From: Candidatus Bathyarchaeia archaeon
Lineage (GTDB): Archaea > Thermoproteota > CALKCG01 > B24
Assembly (NCBI GenBank): GCA_038870975.1
Contig: JAVZJD010000002.1
Location: 640,001-704,000, forward strand
DNA: 64,000 nucleotides
Reading direction: 5' to 3'
The notes under the pieces are model-generated. The model did no database searches. It had not been told where the DNA came from and saw only the letters and a program-made list of their open reading frames with translations. Shown in pieces: positions 1-10,434 of the stretch (position 1 is the first letter of the stretch; every line of letters starts with the position of its first letter). The position numbers were made by a program, and so were the translations under genes.

Positions 1-55
1 TTGCTAAATTCATCTTTAAAATTCAATTTATACTAACACTAAGGGCCGTGACCAT

Positions 56-973
56 TTATAGGCCGATTAGCTTTTTTATACCCCTTGCACGGGGAAAACT
101 CAGCAAATCCTTGAGGGGTTTAAGTCCGCTAAACCTCATTCTGCATGCTGTGTTTTCGATATACGCAGGTATAGTAAGGTATAAGGGGATTCTATAGGGC
201 ATAGTGATGTTTTTCCCCAGAAGTATGTCCTCTGCTAAAGACTGGGAAAGCCTCCAAAAGGCATGCGTAGCATTCTTTAAGCCCGCATTTTTTGTGACTT
301 TTAATATCCCCACCTCTTTTATGGATGTGTAGAGATGGAGAAAGGTCAAAATATCCGCTAGTGTTAGCTCAAATTCCTTCATGATAGCGTGTGCAGCACA
401 AATAATGAACTCAAATTTTTGATTCACTGCTGGTATACTTTCGCTTCGCAGTTCTATGCTGACGGAGTTTTCAAAAACGACCCATGCATCCAAGTATACA
501 TAGGGGCCAGCCCCTAAATCAGCATGCACGTCAAAGTCAACGTAGGTTTCATGCACAGGCTTTCGAATAGTCACCTCAGTAGTACCCTTACTTCTAAGAA
601 AGTACCCATATCTATTGATGAGTATGGAAATGAGATCCCATATTAAATGCCGCGAATTAGGATGTAACAGAATGTCTATATCATCGGGCACATAGCCTGG
701 AAACCTGAAGGTTTTAACAACAACATATCTTAACCCCACTTCATTAGCAGCCTCGTTAAACCTCATCAGTTCTTCCATTTGAGCAACACGTCTTTTAGAA
801 ACCTCAAGCCATTTATTACTTTTCTGCACCTCTGGGAAAAGCTGTCCAAGCTGGTAAAGCACCTTATTCGCTCTTGCAATTTCTATAATGGACTCCCTCG
901 GCACATGCGTAAAGTAGGCGTAAAGCAATTTATTAACTAAAGATGGAATGTGCTCCTTAGGCCCCAACACCAC
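56..973 (-). CDS. Nucleotidyltransferase-fold protein (NTP_transf_5-like) in glycosylation locus
   Basis: VVKT...PDDIDILL (DxD) motif, DFDVH; last gene of a co-oriented GT cluster. Confidence 0.6.
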   Translation of the reverse strand: MVLGPKEHIPSLVNKLLYAYFTHVPRESIIEIARANKVLYQLGQLFPEVQKSNKWLEVSKRRVAQMEELMRFNEAANEVGLRYVVVKTFRFPGYVPDDIDILLHPNSRHLIWDLISILINRYGYFLRSKGTTEVTIRKPVHETYVDFDVHADLGAGPYVYLDAWVVFENSVSIELRSESIPAVNQKFEFIICAAHAIMKEFELTLADILTFLHLYTSIKEVGILKVTKNAGLKNATHAFWRLSQSLAEDILLGKNITMPYRIPLYLTIPAYIENTACRMRFSGLKPLKDLLSFPRARGIKKLIGL

Positions 974-983
974 AAAAACACCA

Positions 984-1670
984 TCAAATATTCAATTTAC
1001 GCTTTATCAGAATCGGAATGTAGACTATTGCTCCAGCAAGCAAACCTAATAATACAAGCACGTTTTCCACTATTATGCGGAGTCTATTGCTTATTGGGTG
1101 TATGCGGCTACTTTTGAAGTTTTGAGTGTTTACGTCGTCCAGGTTTTCTTTACCATGCATATACATAATTTTCATGAAGTACATGCCGCTCCTGAAGCTT
1201 CTGGAAAGTGTTTTCCTCCATGTGCGTGATGGAACATGAACAACCGGAAATGCGTTAACAAAGCCGACCTCAAACCCCATCCTCCTAAGCCTTGCAAACA
1301 ACTCCGTATCCTCAGTGCACTTAAAGCTTTCATCAAACCTCACTTTTTTGAGTATATTTGCATCGCATGCTAGATTACAGAGATTTAAGCTAGTGGGGTT
1401 AATCTCCAACCCCTTCAGAACGGCACCTTTCCGCCAGTTTTCAACGATCTCCTCAAGCCAGTGTTCATTGAGTGGGAAAGCGTCCGACTCGATGAAAACA
1501 ATGATTTCTCCCTTAGCCCTTGATAGTGCATCATTCCAAGCCTCGGGAATCGAACCCTTAGTTGAAGTTATAAACTCAAAATCCTTGAATGTCTGTCCAT
1601 CTAAGGCTTTCCTCAGCCTATCAAACTCAGCCTCGCTTTTAGCGATCGAAATCACGCTAACTTTGGGCAT
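984..1670 (-). CDS. Glycosyltransferase family 2
   Basis: KVSVIS N-terminus, AWNDALSRAKGEIIVFIESDA, FDESF..EDTEL motifs; C-terminal TM. Confidence 0.8.
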   Translation of the reverse strand: MPKVSVISIAKSEAEFDRLRKALDGQTFKDFEFITSTKGSIPEAWNDALSRAKGEIIVFIESDAFPLNEHWLEEIVENWRKGAVLKGLEINPTSLNLCNLACDANILKKVRFDESFKCTEDTELFARLRRMGFEVGFVNAFPVVHVPSRTWRKTLSRSFRSGMYFMKIMYMHGKENLDDVNTQNFKSSRIHPISNRLRIIVENVLVLLGLLAGAIVYIPILIKRKLNI

Positions 1671-1916
1671 TTAAATCTTTTGATTTATGACTTTGGGGCC
1701 ATTAAGGTCTCTGTGGGCATTCTTAGCGTCTAGAAGCTCCCTCACTACATGAACATCATTAATCCACTCTTCCTTAAGATCGCTGAGACTTGATTCGCCA
1801 CAAAGCACAGTAACATCATGTCCTCTCCTAGCAAGCCTTTCGGCTACAGATTTGACAACGTATTCGACTCCATCAGTATAGGGGTAGTAATGTGAGACTA
1901 TGAAGAGAAGTTTCAT
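1671..1916 (-). pseudogene. Truncated GT4 glycosyltransferase (N-terminal fragment only)
   Basis: MKLLFIVSHYYPYTDGVEYVVKSVAERLARRGHDVTVLC is a typical GT4 N-terminus, but the ORF is only 81 aa and no C-terminal domain follows. Confidence 0.75.
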
Positions 1917-3115
1917 ATCTTACGCATCACTAATTTGCTCATTATTTCTTTGAAGCGCTCTGCACTTTTATTCCATGTCCTCCTTTCTATGTACCTCCTT
2001 ATCTCCCGATAATCTTTTTCCACGTTTATTTTTCTTACGGTATTCCTCATCGCAGTTATATAATCTTCTTCGCTCCACGCTATATCGATCAGATGCTTGT
2101 AGGCGAGCGCCTCAGGTATAGGCGTAGAAATTACGTTTACCCCTTGTGAAAGATATTCCCAGAGTTTGTTTGGAGCCGAATAATATGCCGTCAGATTCCT
2201 TATATCAAATGGTATGACTCCGATATCCATAGCGGCTATGTAGTCTGGAACCTTCTCATGCTCTACGAAGCCTACGTGATCAACAATATGCTCGATCCCA
2301 TATTGTTCTATCCAATTTATAACCTTCTCAGCATAGGCTGTTTGAAGCCGCCCACCTATAAGCATAAGCCTAACGTTAAATCCCTGCCTATAGGTTCTAG
2401 ATAGGGCCTTAATTAATGTCAGCATATCAAGCCAAAACTCTATGCTTCCAACGTAACCAACGATTAAATCCTCATCACCGTAACCAAATTTCTTCCTCAG
2501 TAAACGCCCGTCACGCCGATTAAGGAAATGCTCCGATACACCGTTCGGCACTATATACACCTGCCGTCGATGTTCCTCACCACGTATATCCCGTGAATAC
2601 TTTGCAAGCGCTACGCCAGGCACAGTAACTGCATCAGCCACCCTTAAAAGAGTCTGAGTCATGCATTCGAAAACCCCCTTTACAACGGCCCCTAAAGCGC
2701 TATTCACACTGCAAATGTAGCCTGCCGCAGATGTAGGGTAATAATCCTGTAGATCGAATATGAAGGAAATATTTATTTGTGAAACTTCTTTAACGAGCTG
2801 AAGGAGGAATGGTGGCAGAAGATTCCCAGCTACAATTAAATCAATCGACTCCTGCTTGATGATCCTTAAAATCTCTCTAATATGGCTTACAGCATTCAAT
2901 AGATAGTATAGCGGGGTGCTTTCAGTCTTAAACTCTAGAGGCATATCATGTATGATGCATTTACTTGACAACCTAGCCTTATTGAAAATATTAAATCTAA
3001 CAACATGAACCTCGAAATCTCTACCGTTATGAATCCTCTCGAAAATCTGGTTATGTCTCTGCGGAAAGGGATGACCTAAATAATCACTACTTGGGATTAA
3101 AAGGATTCTTATCAT
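1913..3115 (-). CDS. Glycosyltransferase family 4 (GT-B)
   Basis: IVPNGV, VGYVGS, VPDYIAAMDIGVIP, PNKLWEYLSQG motifs. Confidence 0.85.
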   Translation of the reverse strand: MIRILLIPSSDYLGHPFPQRHNQIFERIHNGRDFEVHVVRFNIFNKARLSSKCIIHDMPLEFKTESTPLYYLLNAVSHIREILRIIKQESIDLIVAGNLLPPFLLQLVKEVSQINISFIFDLQDYYPTSAAGYICSVNSALGAVVKGVFECMTQTLLRVADAVTVPGVALAKYSRDIRGEEHRRQVYIVPNGVSEHFLNRRDGRLLRKKFGYGDEDLIVGYVGSIEFWLDMLTLIKALSRTYRQGFNVRLMLIGGRLQTAYAEKVINWIEQYGIEHIVDHVGFVEHEKVPDYIAAMDIGVIPFDIRNLTAYYSAPNKLWEYLSQGVNVISTPIPEALAYKHLIDIAWSEEDYITAMRNTVRKINVEKDYREIRRYIERRTWNKSAERFKEIMSKLVMRKI

Positions 3116-4400
3116 TCAATCTACCTTTAATCCTAGCAATAAACTTCGATTTATTCTTCCCAAGTACTGGCTTTCCATCCTCACAAAAAGCTGCGAGCAG
3201 GTCGAATAACGATGAATCCTCAAGATCCTTTACCCCATCTAGAAGCCTATACTCGATCACGGGCGTTTCTCTTAAGTCCGGTTCTTCTATAGCTAAACCT
3301 TCATCGACAGCCTCCCCTAGCAATCGAGCTATTCGCTTTCCAGCTTGGCCGTCTCCAAGCGGATTCTCGAAGCTTAGCCCCCTTATTTCTTTAGTTCTTT
3401 CAGCCTGCATCAACGCAAGCTTAACTATTCTACACTTCTCGGCTCCAGCAAGTACATTAATACCGTAAAGCGTTGTTTCAGGGCGCTCAGTATTATACCT
3501 AAGCGTTACTGTGGGAACTTTAAGTGTAAACGCCTCCTCCTGAACTCCTCCGCTATCAGTAAGCACAACCCTACACCCTGAAAGGAGTGCTAAAAACTCA
3601 AAGTATCCTAAGGGCTCCACCAATCTTACCCTGCTTAAACAATCAGATAGACCAAATCTAGCTATAGCGCCTTTAGTTCTAGGATGTATTGGGAAAATCA
3701 CGGAATAATATTGCGAAAGCTCATCGAGAGCCTCAAGAATTGACTTAAGCCTCCCAGGATCATCCGTATTCTCAGCTCTATGCAGAGTCACCAGAATATA
3801 ATTCCTTACCTCAAGACCATGCTTGCCCAGAATACTATTGCTAAGATCGGCTACTTTACTCATAAACTCCTGAAGTGCATCAACAATAGTATTCCCAGTT
3901 ATATGGATAGACTTACTAGATATGCCCTCAAAAAGAAGGTTTAGCGCAGCCCACTCCGTCGGTGCAAAATGTAGACTAGCGACAACATCAGCCACACGTC
4001 TGTTAACTTCTTCAGGCATAAGCATACTCCAGCTTCTTAAGCCAGCTTCAATATGAGCAAAAGGCGTTAGACATTTAACAGATACAAGAGCACTGGCTAA
4101 GACAGTATTCGTATCGCCCTCAGCTACAACAATAGATGGAGAGTAATCCTTAATAGCCCGCTCCAATCCAAGCATAATCCTAGCAGTCTGCTCAGCATGA
4201 GAACCGCTTCCAACCCTAAGATCTACATCAGGCTCAGCTAACTCAAACTCCTCAAAGAATATACGGCTAAGCATGTAATCGTAATGCTGACCACTCCAAA
4301 CAAAAACGTAATCAACACCAAGCCTCTGAAGCCACTTAACAACTGGAGCTAACTTTACCGCCTCAGGTCTAGTTCCAGCAACAATCATTAAAGGCTTCAT
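3087..4400 (-). CDS. wecB: UDP-N-acetylglucosamine 2-epimerase (non-hydrolysing)
   Basis: GTRPEAVKLAP, GQHYD, GDTNT, HIEAGLRS, PEEVNR, TDSGGVQEEA; start taken at ATG 4400 (MKPLMIV). Confidence 0.93.
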   Translation of the reverse strand: MKPLMIVAGTRPEAVKLAPVVKWLQRLGVDYVFVWSGQHYDYMLSRIFFEEFELAEPDVDLRVGSGSHAEQTARIMLGLERAIKDYSPSIVVAEGDTNTVLASALVSVKCLTPFAHIEAGLRSWSMLMPEEVNRRVADVVASLHFAPTEWAALNLLFEGISSKSIHITGNTIVDALQEFMSKVADLSNSILGKHGLEVRNYILVTLHRAENTDDPGRLKSILEALDELSQYYSVIFPIHPRTKGAIARFGLSDCLSRVRLVEPLGYFEFLALLSGCRVVLTDSGGVQEEAFTLKVPTVTLRYNTERPETTLYGINVLAGAEKCRIVKLALMQAERTKEIRGLSFENPLGDGQAGKRIARLLGEAVDEGLAIEEPDLRETPVIEYRLLDGVKDLEDSSLFDLLAAFCEDGKPVLGKNKSKFIARIKGRLNDKNPFNPK

Positions 4401-4799
4401 ACTACGGCGCCAAGACGCTTTAAACGGAAAACTACAGTTCAACCCTTAGTGTATGGTGGTTCTGGATCTGGACATTGAACGTATCCTTCATCATTTCTTA
4501 AGCCCATTCCAAGACCAGAACCACCAACATCTTCTATTAGCTTATGAGCCTTCTCCATCTTCAACTGCTCTTTTCCACATAGTTCTTCCGCTTCAGATGA
4601 GCTTTTTGAGCTTTTCTACAAGCCTCTTTAACATCTTGAGCGTAATCTTCAACTAGTTTAGGGCTCACTTGAGCCTTCATCTAAACCATTTCTTCCTTCA
4701 ACAGGCCATCCATTGGCGTGTAACTCTAAGATAAATTCGACTACGAGCCCCCAGGCTTCAGAGTGAAGTATTCAACTACGCCTAAGATTTTGGAATTCC

Positions 4800-6308
4800 T
4801 CACATTCTTCCCTCAAGTATGCGGATTATCCTCCTCTCCATCCTTCTAAGTATTAGAGATATCGTTGCTATGGTTAACCCTTGGAGACCGGCTACGAATA
4901 AGACTAATCCAAGCCAAGACCATCCCAAAGACCAGGCTTCAGCACCATACAAGTATCTAAGCGTAAGCTGCTCCAGGAGGATTATAGCTCCAGGTACGAT
5001 CAGTAGTGCCAGTAGAGATGAGAATAGGAATACTGGGTTGTAGAGCCACATAACCCTTACGGCAGCCATCAGTATTCTAAAGCCGTCCCTCCAAGCATTA
5101 AGCTTTCCCTCGCCAACCCTCTTCCCATAGCTTACCGGGACTTCGCCTATCCTACCCAGCGACGCTATTTGACCAGCCAATTCTACTTCAACGTCGAACC
5201 CTCTAGATGCAAGTTCAAGCCTCTTAGCTACATCAGTCCTCAGAAGATACATGCCGCTGCACGGGTCCCTAATGTGCTTTCCAAACATAAGGCTGAAGGC
5301 TAGGCTTATAATCCCATTGCCAACCCTATGGAGTAAAGGTATGTTCCCCCTGTCAGACCTATAGCCTATAACCTCATCGTAGTCCTTCGCATGCATTAAG
5401 AGGCGCTCCACATCCCTAGGGTTATACGTGCAATCGCCATCCATGACGAGCATATAGGGCGTTGAAACCTTCTCTATAGCTGTTGCAATAGCCCCAGCCT
5501 TACCAATGCCATTCTGATATATGATATCGACGCCTTTAGACTTGGCTATTTCAACGGTTCTATCTGAAGAGTAGCCGTCTACGACGAGGATATTCCTATA
5601 GCCTTCAGCAATAAGACCATCTATAACGGAACCTATACCATTCTCTTCATTCAAAGTTGGAATGACGATTGTAACCGCATCCTTGGAAACGGGACCATCT
5701 AGACTGTTTGAGCCTGAGACCCTGCTAACGCCCTCAGATGAACGCTTACCATCTACTCCAGTCCCTCCAATACCGCCAACAACGCCTATAGTCTTCCCAA
5801 AGCCTTTAACCTCGAAGAACAATGGAACGGCTACGAGAAGAAGCGATATTAAAAAGCCCTCGCTCGTGAAAACAGGAGCATCCATAGTTGTGAAGTATTT
5901 GAAAACTGTAGGAGTACCTTTCACCTCCGCTGAAACCTGGGGTTTTAAACCCGCTGGAGAAACCTGTAATCCCCCGTCGACTTTAAGCCAAAGAGACCTA
6001 TCGAGCATGGGATATAATAGAGGCGTGTACGTTTGAAAACAGTCCATAACCAGATGACCTATTAAAGCGAATAATCCTAGTAGAGCCAAACCAGAGAATC
6101 TAGGCTTAAGCTTATAAACAGCCACTAAAACGGGCACGTATACCAACGCCAGCATTAGGATCGAGTGACTCATAGACCTGTGAACGTGCATAAGCACGTC
6201 TAAATCGGGTAGGAGAGCTAAAAGAGATAAGAGTAGAGCCCTCTTAATCCCAAGCCTAGGAGCCGTTAAAGCGAAAACAACTGAAAAATGTAAAGCTAGC
6301 TCAGGCAA
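4800..6308 (-). CDS. Fusion: YdjM-like membrane metal-dependent hydrolase + DPM1-like GT2 polyprenol-phosphate glycosyltransferase
   Basis: N-term H...LPDLD..HRSMSHS..GHLVMD with TM segments; C-term IVIPTLNEE, VVDGYSSDRT, MDGDCTY, 2 terminal TMs. Confidence 0.8.
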   Translation of the reverse strand: MPELALHFSVVFALTAPRLGIKRALLLSLLALLPDLDVLMHVHRSMSHSILMLALVYVPVLVAVYKLKPRFSGLALLGLFALIGHLVMDCFQTYTPLLYPMLDRSLWLKVDGGLQVSPAGLKPQVSAEVKGTPTVFKYFTTMDAPVFTSEGFLISLLLVAVPLFFEVKGFGKTIGVVGGIGGTGVDGKRSSEGVSRVSGSNSLDGPVSKDAVTIVIPTLNEENGIGSVIDGLIAEGYRNILVVDGYSSDRTVEIAKSKGVDIIYQNGIGKAGAIATAIEKVSTPYMLVMDGDCTYNPRDVERLLMHAKDYDEVIGYRSDRGNIPLLHRVGNGIISLAFSLMFGKHIRDPCSGMYLLRTDVAKRLELASRGFDVEVELAGQIASLGRIGEVPVSYGKRVGEGKLNAWRDGFRILMAAVRVMWLYNPVFLFSSLLALLIVPGAIILLEQLTLRYLYGAEAWSLGWSWLGLVLFVAGLQGLTIATISLILRRMERRIIRILEGRM

Positions 6309-7266
6309 ACAATACCTTCACTAAGTACTCTAAAGTCTTCCATAGAGCCTCTTTGGAGTCCAACTTAGGACTCCAGCCAGTTGCTCCCCTCAGCCTACCT
6401 ATGTCTAAGAGCATGAGCTTTACGTCTCCAAGCCACCCTCTACCGTCGTTCGTAGCGGGCTTGTAAACGTACTCTACGCTCTCTAAGCCCACGGCTTTAA
6501 CCGTCATATCTGCTATCTCCTTTACACTCACCCAGTCTTCAGAGCCCACGTTGAAAACCTCCTCTAAGCAGTCGCTTCCAAGCATATATTCTAGCGCCTT
6601 TAAAGTAGCATCTACTGCGTCTTCAACGTATATGTAGCTCTTCCTCTGGGAGCCGTCGCCGAGTATTTCAAGCATCCTAGGGTTTAATTTGAGCTTCCCA
6701 ATGAAGTCTACTAAAACGCCGTGCTTAGACCTAGGTCCGACCACGTTTGCATACCTCAATATAAGGCTTTTCAAACCGTAAAGCCTAGAGTACGTAGCTA
6801 TAAGCGCTTCACAAGCCAGTTTAACGGCTCCGTAGACTGATATGGGCTTTAGAGGTGTATAGTCTTCAGGCGTGGGTATCTGTTTAGCATCACCGTAGAC
6901 CGTGCTCGTAGATGCGAACACTAAGAGCGGGACTTTAAAACCCCTACAGGCTTCAAGCACGTTAAACGTCGCCTGAAGATTCTCCTCGAAGTGGACCTTA
7001 GGCTCCGTAACGCTGACCCTGACCTCTGGATTAGCGGCATAGTGGAAGACAACGTCTACGTCTTTAAACTCTTCAACCCACCCTTCGGGATTTTTAAGGT
7101 CACCCTTTACAAACCTGAATGCGGAGTTATAAAGCCAAGGTTTAAAGTTCTCAACGCATCCAGAGCTTAAATTATCTACGACTGTAACCTTACATCCTTC
7201 AGCCATAAGCCTATCCACGAGGTGGCTACCTATGAACCCTGCCCCGCCCGTAACCAGAGCCTTCAC
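6301..7266 (-). CDS. NAD-dependent nucleotide-sugar epimerase/dehydratase (GalE-like)
   Basis: VTGGAGFIGSHL, STSTVYG, YGAVK (YxxxK), LRYANVVGP. Confidence 0.92.
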   Translation of the reverse strand: MKALVTGGAGFIGSHLVDRLMAEGCKVTVVDNLSSGCVENFKPWLYNSAFRFVKGDLKNPEGWVEEFKDVDVVFHYAANPEVRVSVTEPKVHFEENLQATFNVLEACRGFKVPLLVFASTSTVYGDAKQIPTPEDYTPLKPISVYGAVKLACEALIATYSRLYGLKSLILRYANVVGPRSKHGVLVDFIGKLKLNPRMLEILGDGSQRKSYIYVEDAVDATLKALEYMLGSDCLEEVFNVGSEDWVSVKEIADMTVKAVGLESVEYVYKPATNDGRGWLGDVKLMLLDIGRLRGATGWSPKLDSKEALWKTLEYLVKVLFA

Positions 7267-8051
7267 GTATGTTTAGCCTCTATAGGCTTAAATATTCCTT
7301 CGAAAAGCCTATCTATAAGGTTGTGGTCTAACTTCTCATACTTCTCTGTAGAGCCCAAGTCGTACCAGAAGCAATCCGTGAAATACGCATTTACAGATTT
7401 GCCGAGCTCTATAATCCTAGGTATTAGATGACCCATTATGTCCAATTCAAACCCATCTACGAATTCACCCTGCAGTACATGTAAAGCATCCCTTCTAAAT
7501 ACAAGAACCCCAATGCACACTGGAACCTCTATCGTAGGCTTCTCCTCAAACCTAACTATTCTACCGTCTTCTACGTGTGCTATGCCCACTGGAAGCCTAT
7601 AGCCTTTTGAAACAGCTATGGTTGCATACGCATCTGAATTCACGTGAGCATTTAACATGTCTGATAAATCTACGTCTGACAAAATATCCCCATAGTAGAC
7701 TAAGACGTTACCGTAGCCTTTGAAGACTCCACGCTCATAGGCGTTTAAAATAGCCCATCCAGTCCCACGTCTATCAGCACGGTCTACAACGTACTCAATA
7801 TTCACATCGAATCTAGAGCCGTCTCCAAAGTAATTCAGAATCTGCTCGTACTTGTAGTTCACGAGGAATACTAAGTCGCGAATACCATGATTCTTCAAAA
7901 GCCTCACAATATACTCCAATAGAGGCTTCTGACTAGAGCCTACGGGGATCATAGACTTCTGGAAATAGTAGGTTAAAGGTCTAAGTCTACTACCTTCACC
8001 ACCGCAGAGTACGGCGGCTACGACGCTTTTAGAAGACGCTTTAACGTTCAA
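7263..8051 (-). CDS. Sugar-1-phosphate nucleotidyltransferase
   Basis: LCGGEGSRLRPLT, YYGDI, FEEKP, WYDLG; likely TTG start at 8051. Confidence 0.88.
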   Translation of the reverse strand: MNVKASSKSVVAAVLCGGEGSRLRPLTYYFQKSMIPVGSSQKPLLEYIVRLLKNHGIRDLVFLVNYKYEQILNYFGDGSRFDVNIEYVVDRADRRGTGWAILNAYERGVFKGYGNVLVYYGDILSDVDLSDMLNAHVNSDAYATIAVSKGYRLPVGIAHVEDGRIVRFEEKPTIEVPVCIGVLVFRRDALHVLQGEFVDGFELDIMGHLIPRIIELGKSVNAYFTDCFWYDLGSTEKYEKLDHNLIDRLFEGIFKPIEAKHT

Positions 8052-8742
8052 AACATGTCTCCTTAAGGACTGCTTCAACTTCTTCCAAGTCTTTCCAAGT
8101 ATCTATACTCCTCCAAAACACAGGACTCTGATATTTAACGGCTCTGAGCCTACCCTCTTCAGCTAGCCTTGGGAATAGCGTCCTCTCCAAATCCCCCCTA
8201 TCCGGCAGGTACTCGAATACATCTGGCTTGAACAAGTATACACCAGCGTTTATCCAGTGGTCGCTTATGACGGGCTTCTCCTGAAACAGCTCTACGACAC
8301 CCTTATCGTCTGAGACGACTAATCCATATGGAGACGGTAGTGGAACTAACGCTATAACACCTGTGAAGCCGTCATCACATGCCTCTAACAGCCTCCTGGG
8401 GTCTATGTCCGTCAATACATCTCCATTCACCACGTAGAAAAACCCCTCATTCTTCAGCAGAGGCTCAGCATTCTTAAGTCCTCCACCTGTACCCAATGGC
8501 TCCTCCTCCACTACGTAGGATACATGCACTCCGTATTTTCTACCGCTACCCAAAGCCTCTATAAACCTGTCCTTCAAATACCCTATCGTAACTATGAACT
8601 CATCGACGCCATAACGCTTAAGCCACTCCATCTGATGGACTATTATAGGCTTACCAGCAACCTCTATGAGAGGCTTAGGAATACTGTCTGTTAAGGGCTT
8701 TAAACGCTTACCCTGACCGCCAGCCAAAATAACGGCCTTCAG
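8041..8742 (-). CDS. Sugar-1-phosphate nucleotidyltransferase; start region altered by a 7-bp tandem duplication
   Basis: (L)KAVILAGGQGKRLKPLT..PKPL, LGTGG, NGDV, QEKP, INAGVY; frame open only to CTG at 8742. Confidence 0.88.
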   Translation of the reverse strand: MKAVILAGGQGKRLKPLTDSIPKPLIEVAGKPIIVHQMEWLKRYGVDEFIVTIGYLKDRFIEALGSGRKYGVHVSYVVEEEPLGTGGGLKNAEPLLKNEGFFYVVNGDVLTDIDPRRLLEACDDGFTGVIALVPLPSPYGLVVSDDKGVVELFQEKPVISDHWINAGVYLFKPDVFEYLPDRGDLERTLFPRLAEEGRLRAVKYQSPVFWRSIDTWKDLEEVEAVLKETCFER

Positions 8743-9143
8743 CCTTCAACTACCCCCTCAACTCTCACACGTCTTCCAACAGCTTCTGTTTGAAGACCCT
8801 CACTCCACGTAGACTTCTACTTCAAGCCCTTTGACTTCTCTAAGCATCTCCTCGAAGACCGCATGATTTAAAAACTCAAGTTAGCCTTTCCAACGACAAC
8901 GCGTAAGTCGCCAACGTAAACGGTTTTAAGCCTTAAGAAAACCTCATATGCCCGTTGGTAAGGCGAAGAGTTTAACAGAGGCGATTGGAAGCCTAGACTC
9001 ATCATCGTTTAAAAGCCTACGCATATCCTCCAGGCTAGGGGCATTTAGAAGTGCTTTTCAACCGTCTGCTCAACGTTCATCGACATATGGCTTAGCTATT
9101 TTAAGAGACCCTTCCACTCTATTTAAAGGCTCATACGCTTAAC

Positions 9144-9440
9144 TTAAGACTGCTGAGAGCCTTCAGACTTCTCTCCAGGCTTAGACTCTTCTTTCCCAAC
9201 CATCTCAAGCTCTTTCTCGATTTCTTTTTCGATCTCCTCTATAGGCTTAGGTGGAGGCGTTGTAGCAAGCGTGTAGCCTATCCAAGACAGTATGCCTAGT
9301 ACGGCGGCTACGGCTATGAAGCCCGTCAGTTGAAGTATAAGCATAGCCCATTCAGATGCGAATACGAGCCATCCATAAGCCAATATACCTAGGATACTTC
9401 CAACGCATAACAACGCTCCAACAGCTTGATCCCTACTCAT
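9144..9440 (-). CDS. Small two-TM membrane protein (archaeal, TTPPPKPIEEIEKE tail)
   Basis: Two hydrophobic helices followed by a Pro-rich and acidic tail. Confidence 0.65.
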   Translation of the reverse strand: MSRDQAVGALLCVGSILGILAYGWLVFASEWAMLILQLTGFIAVAAVLGILSWIGYTLATTPPPKPIEEIEKEIEKELEMVGKEESKPGEKSEGSQQS

Positions 9441-9444
9441 AATA

Positions 9445-9810
9445 TCACCATGCGAAGCGTGGAGGACTATTCATCTCCATGAATCCCAGATACAGTATGT
9501 AGGACTTATCCCTAAGCCACTCAATTACGCGTGGAGCCCACTTAAATACACCGCTATGCTCAAACCTAGCTTTAAGCTCTTCAGCCCTCTCCCATCCCTT
9601 CCTAAGGGCTTTAAGCTTCAGACCTCCAACAAGGATGTTCATGATGGCTCTGAGCTGGGAAACTACGAAATCGCTGACTATGCATCCTACCCTCCTAGCG
9701 AACATTAGACACAGCCTATAATAGGACTTCTGAATCCCTGAGAGTTTGCTCAAATTGCCGTTCCTCAGACCCTTAAGCCAGTAAAACCTAAGCTCTTCAT
9801 AGCCTATCAT
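9445..9810 (-). CDS. Hypothetical protein
   Basis: 121-aa ORF, 4 bp from the next co-oriented gene. Confidence 0.6.
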   Translation of the reverse strand: MIGYEELRFYWLKGLRNGNLSKLSGIQKSYYRLCLMFARRVGCIVSDFVVSQLRAIMNILVGGLKLKALRKGWERAEELKARFEHSGVFKWAPRVIEWLRDKSYILYLGFMEMNSPPRFAW

Positions 9811-10010
9811 AAATAGCTATTACGCTATATACACTTCATACTCTTTAGGCTATTCCCATAAATTGAGCCTTTTCTTCCAAAATTGGGAATTTTAGCTCAA
9901 TTTGGAGTAGAAATTTCCAATTCGATGTGGAATCCTTCTAAAAGATATTCAAGAGAACCATTTGGAGGCTTAGCCTTTTATAAGCCTATGCCTAAAGTCA
10001 TTAGGGGTTT

Positions 10011-10199
10011 ATGGTAGAAGTTGAGCTTAAGGAGATATCCTTCACAGTGCTCTGCGACTGCGGTAGGAGTTTTACAACGGAAGAGTTTGAAGGGGAATGC
10101 CCATGGTGCGGTAGGATATACCATATAGAGGTTAGGGGGAGTCGTGAGAAGGTAGAACTCTCTATCGAATTTGCTGGAATAGCTCCCTTAGAAAATTGA
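10011..10199 (+). CDS. Small Zn-ribbon protein
   Basis: CDCG...CPWCG. Confidence 0.55.
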   Translation: MVEVELKEISFTVLCDCGRSFTTEEFEGECPWCGRIYHIEVRGSREKVELSIEFAGIAPLEN

Positions 10200-10434
10200 A
10201 CTCCCCATTCAACTCGTAAACCCTACTCGTAGGACTCACTTGAACCTCTCTAACCAAGCCAATACTTACGAGCTTCTCCAAGTATCTTCGAACGCTCTTA
10301 TGGTCCATTCCAACAGCCCTAGAGAGCGCCCTCAAATTCACAGCCTCCCTTGAGGCTAAAACCCTTAGAATCTTAAACCTAGCGTCTTCCGAGTATACGA
10401 GGTGGAAGACTCTAAGCAGTTCTTCAGAAGACAT
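10162..10434 (-). CDS. ArsR-like winged-helix regulator
   Basis: RFKILRVL..NLRALSRAVGMDHKSVRRYLEKLVSIGLV; start at ATG 10434. Confidence 0.7.
   Translation of the reverse strand: MSSEELLRVFHLVYSEDARFKILRVLASREAVNLRALSRAVGMDHKSVRRYLEKLVSIGLVREVQVSPTSRVYELNGEFNFLRELFQQIR

Noticed and set aside
4443-4799. ORF 4453-4656 (+) or a transposase remnant in the gap
   Set aside because: Antisense to the operon, no recognisable motif; the minus strand has multiple stops and no identifiable family.
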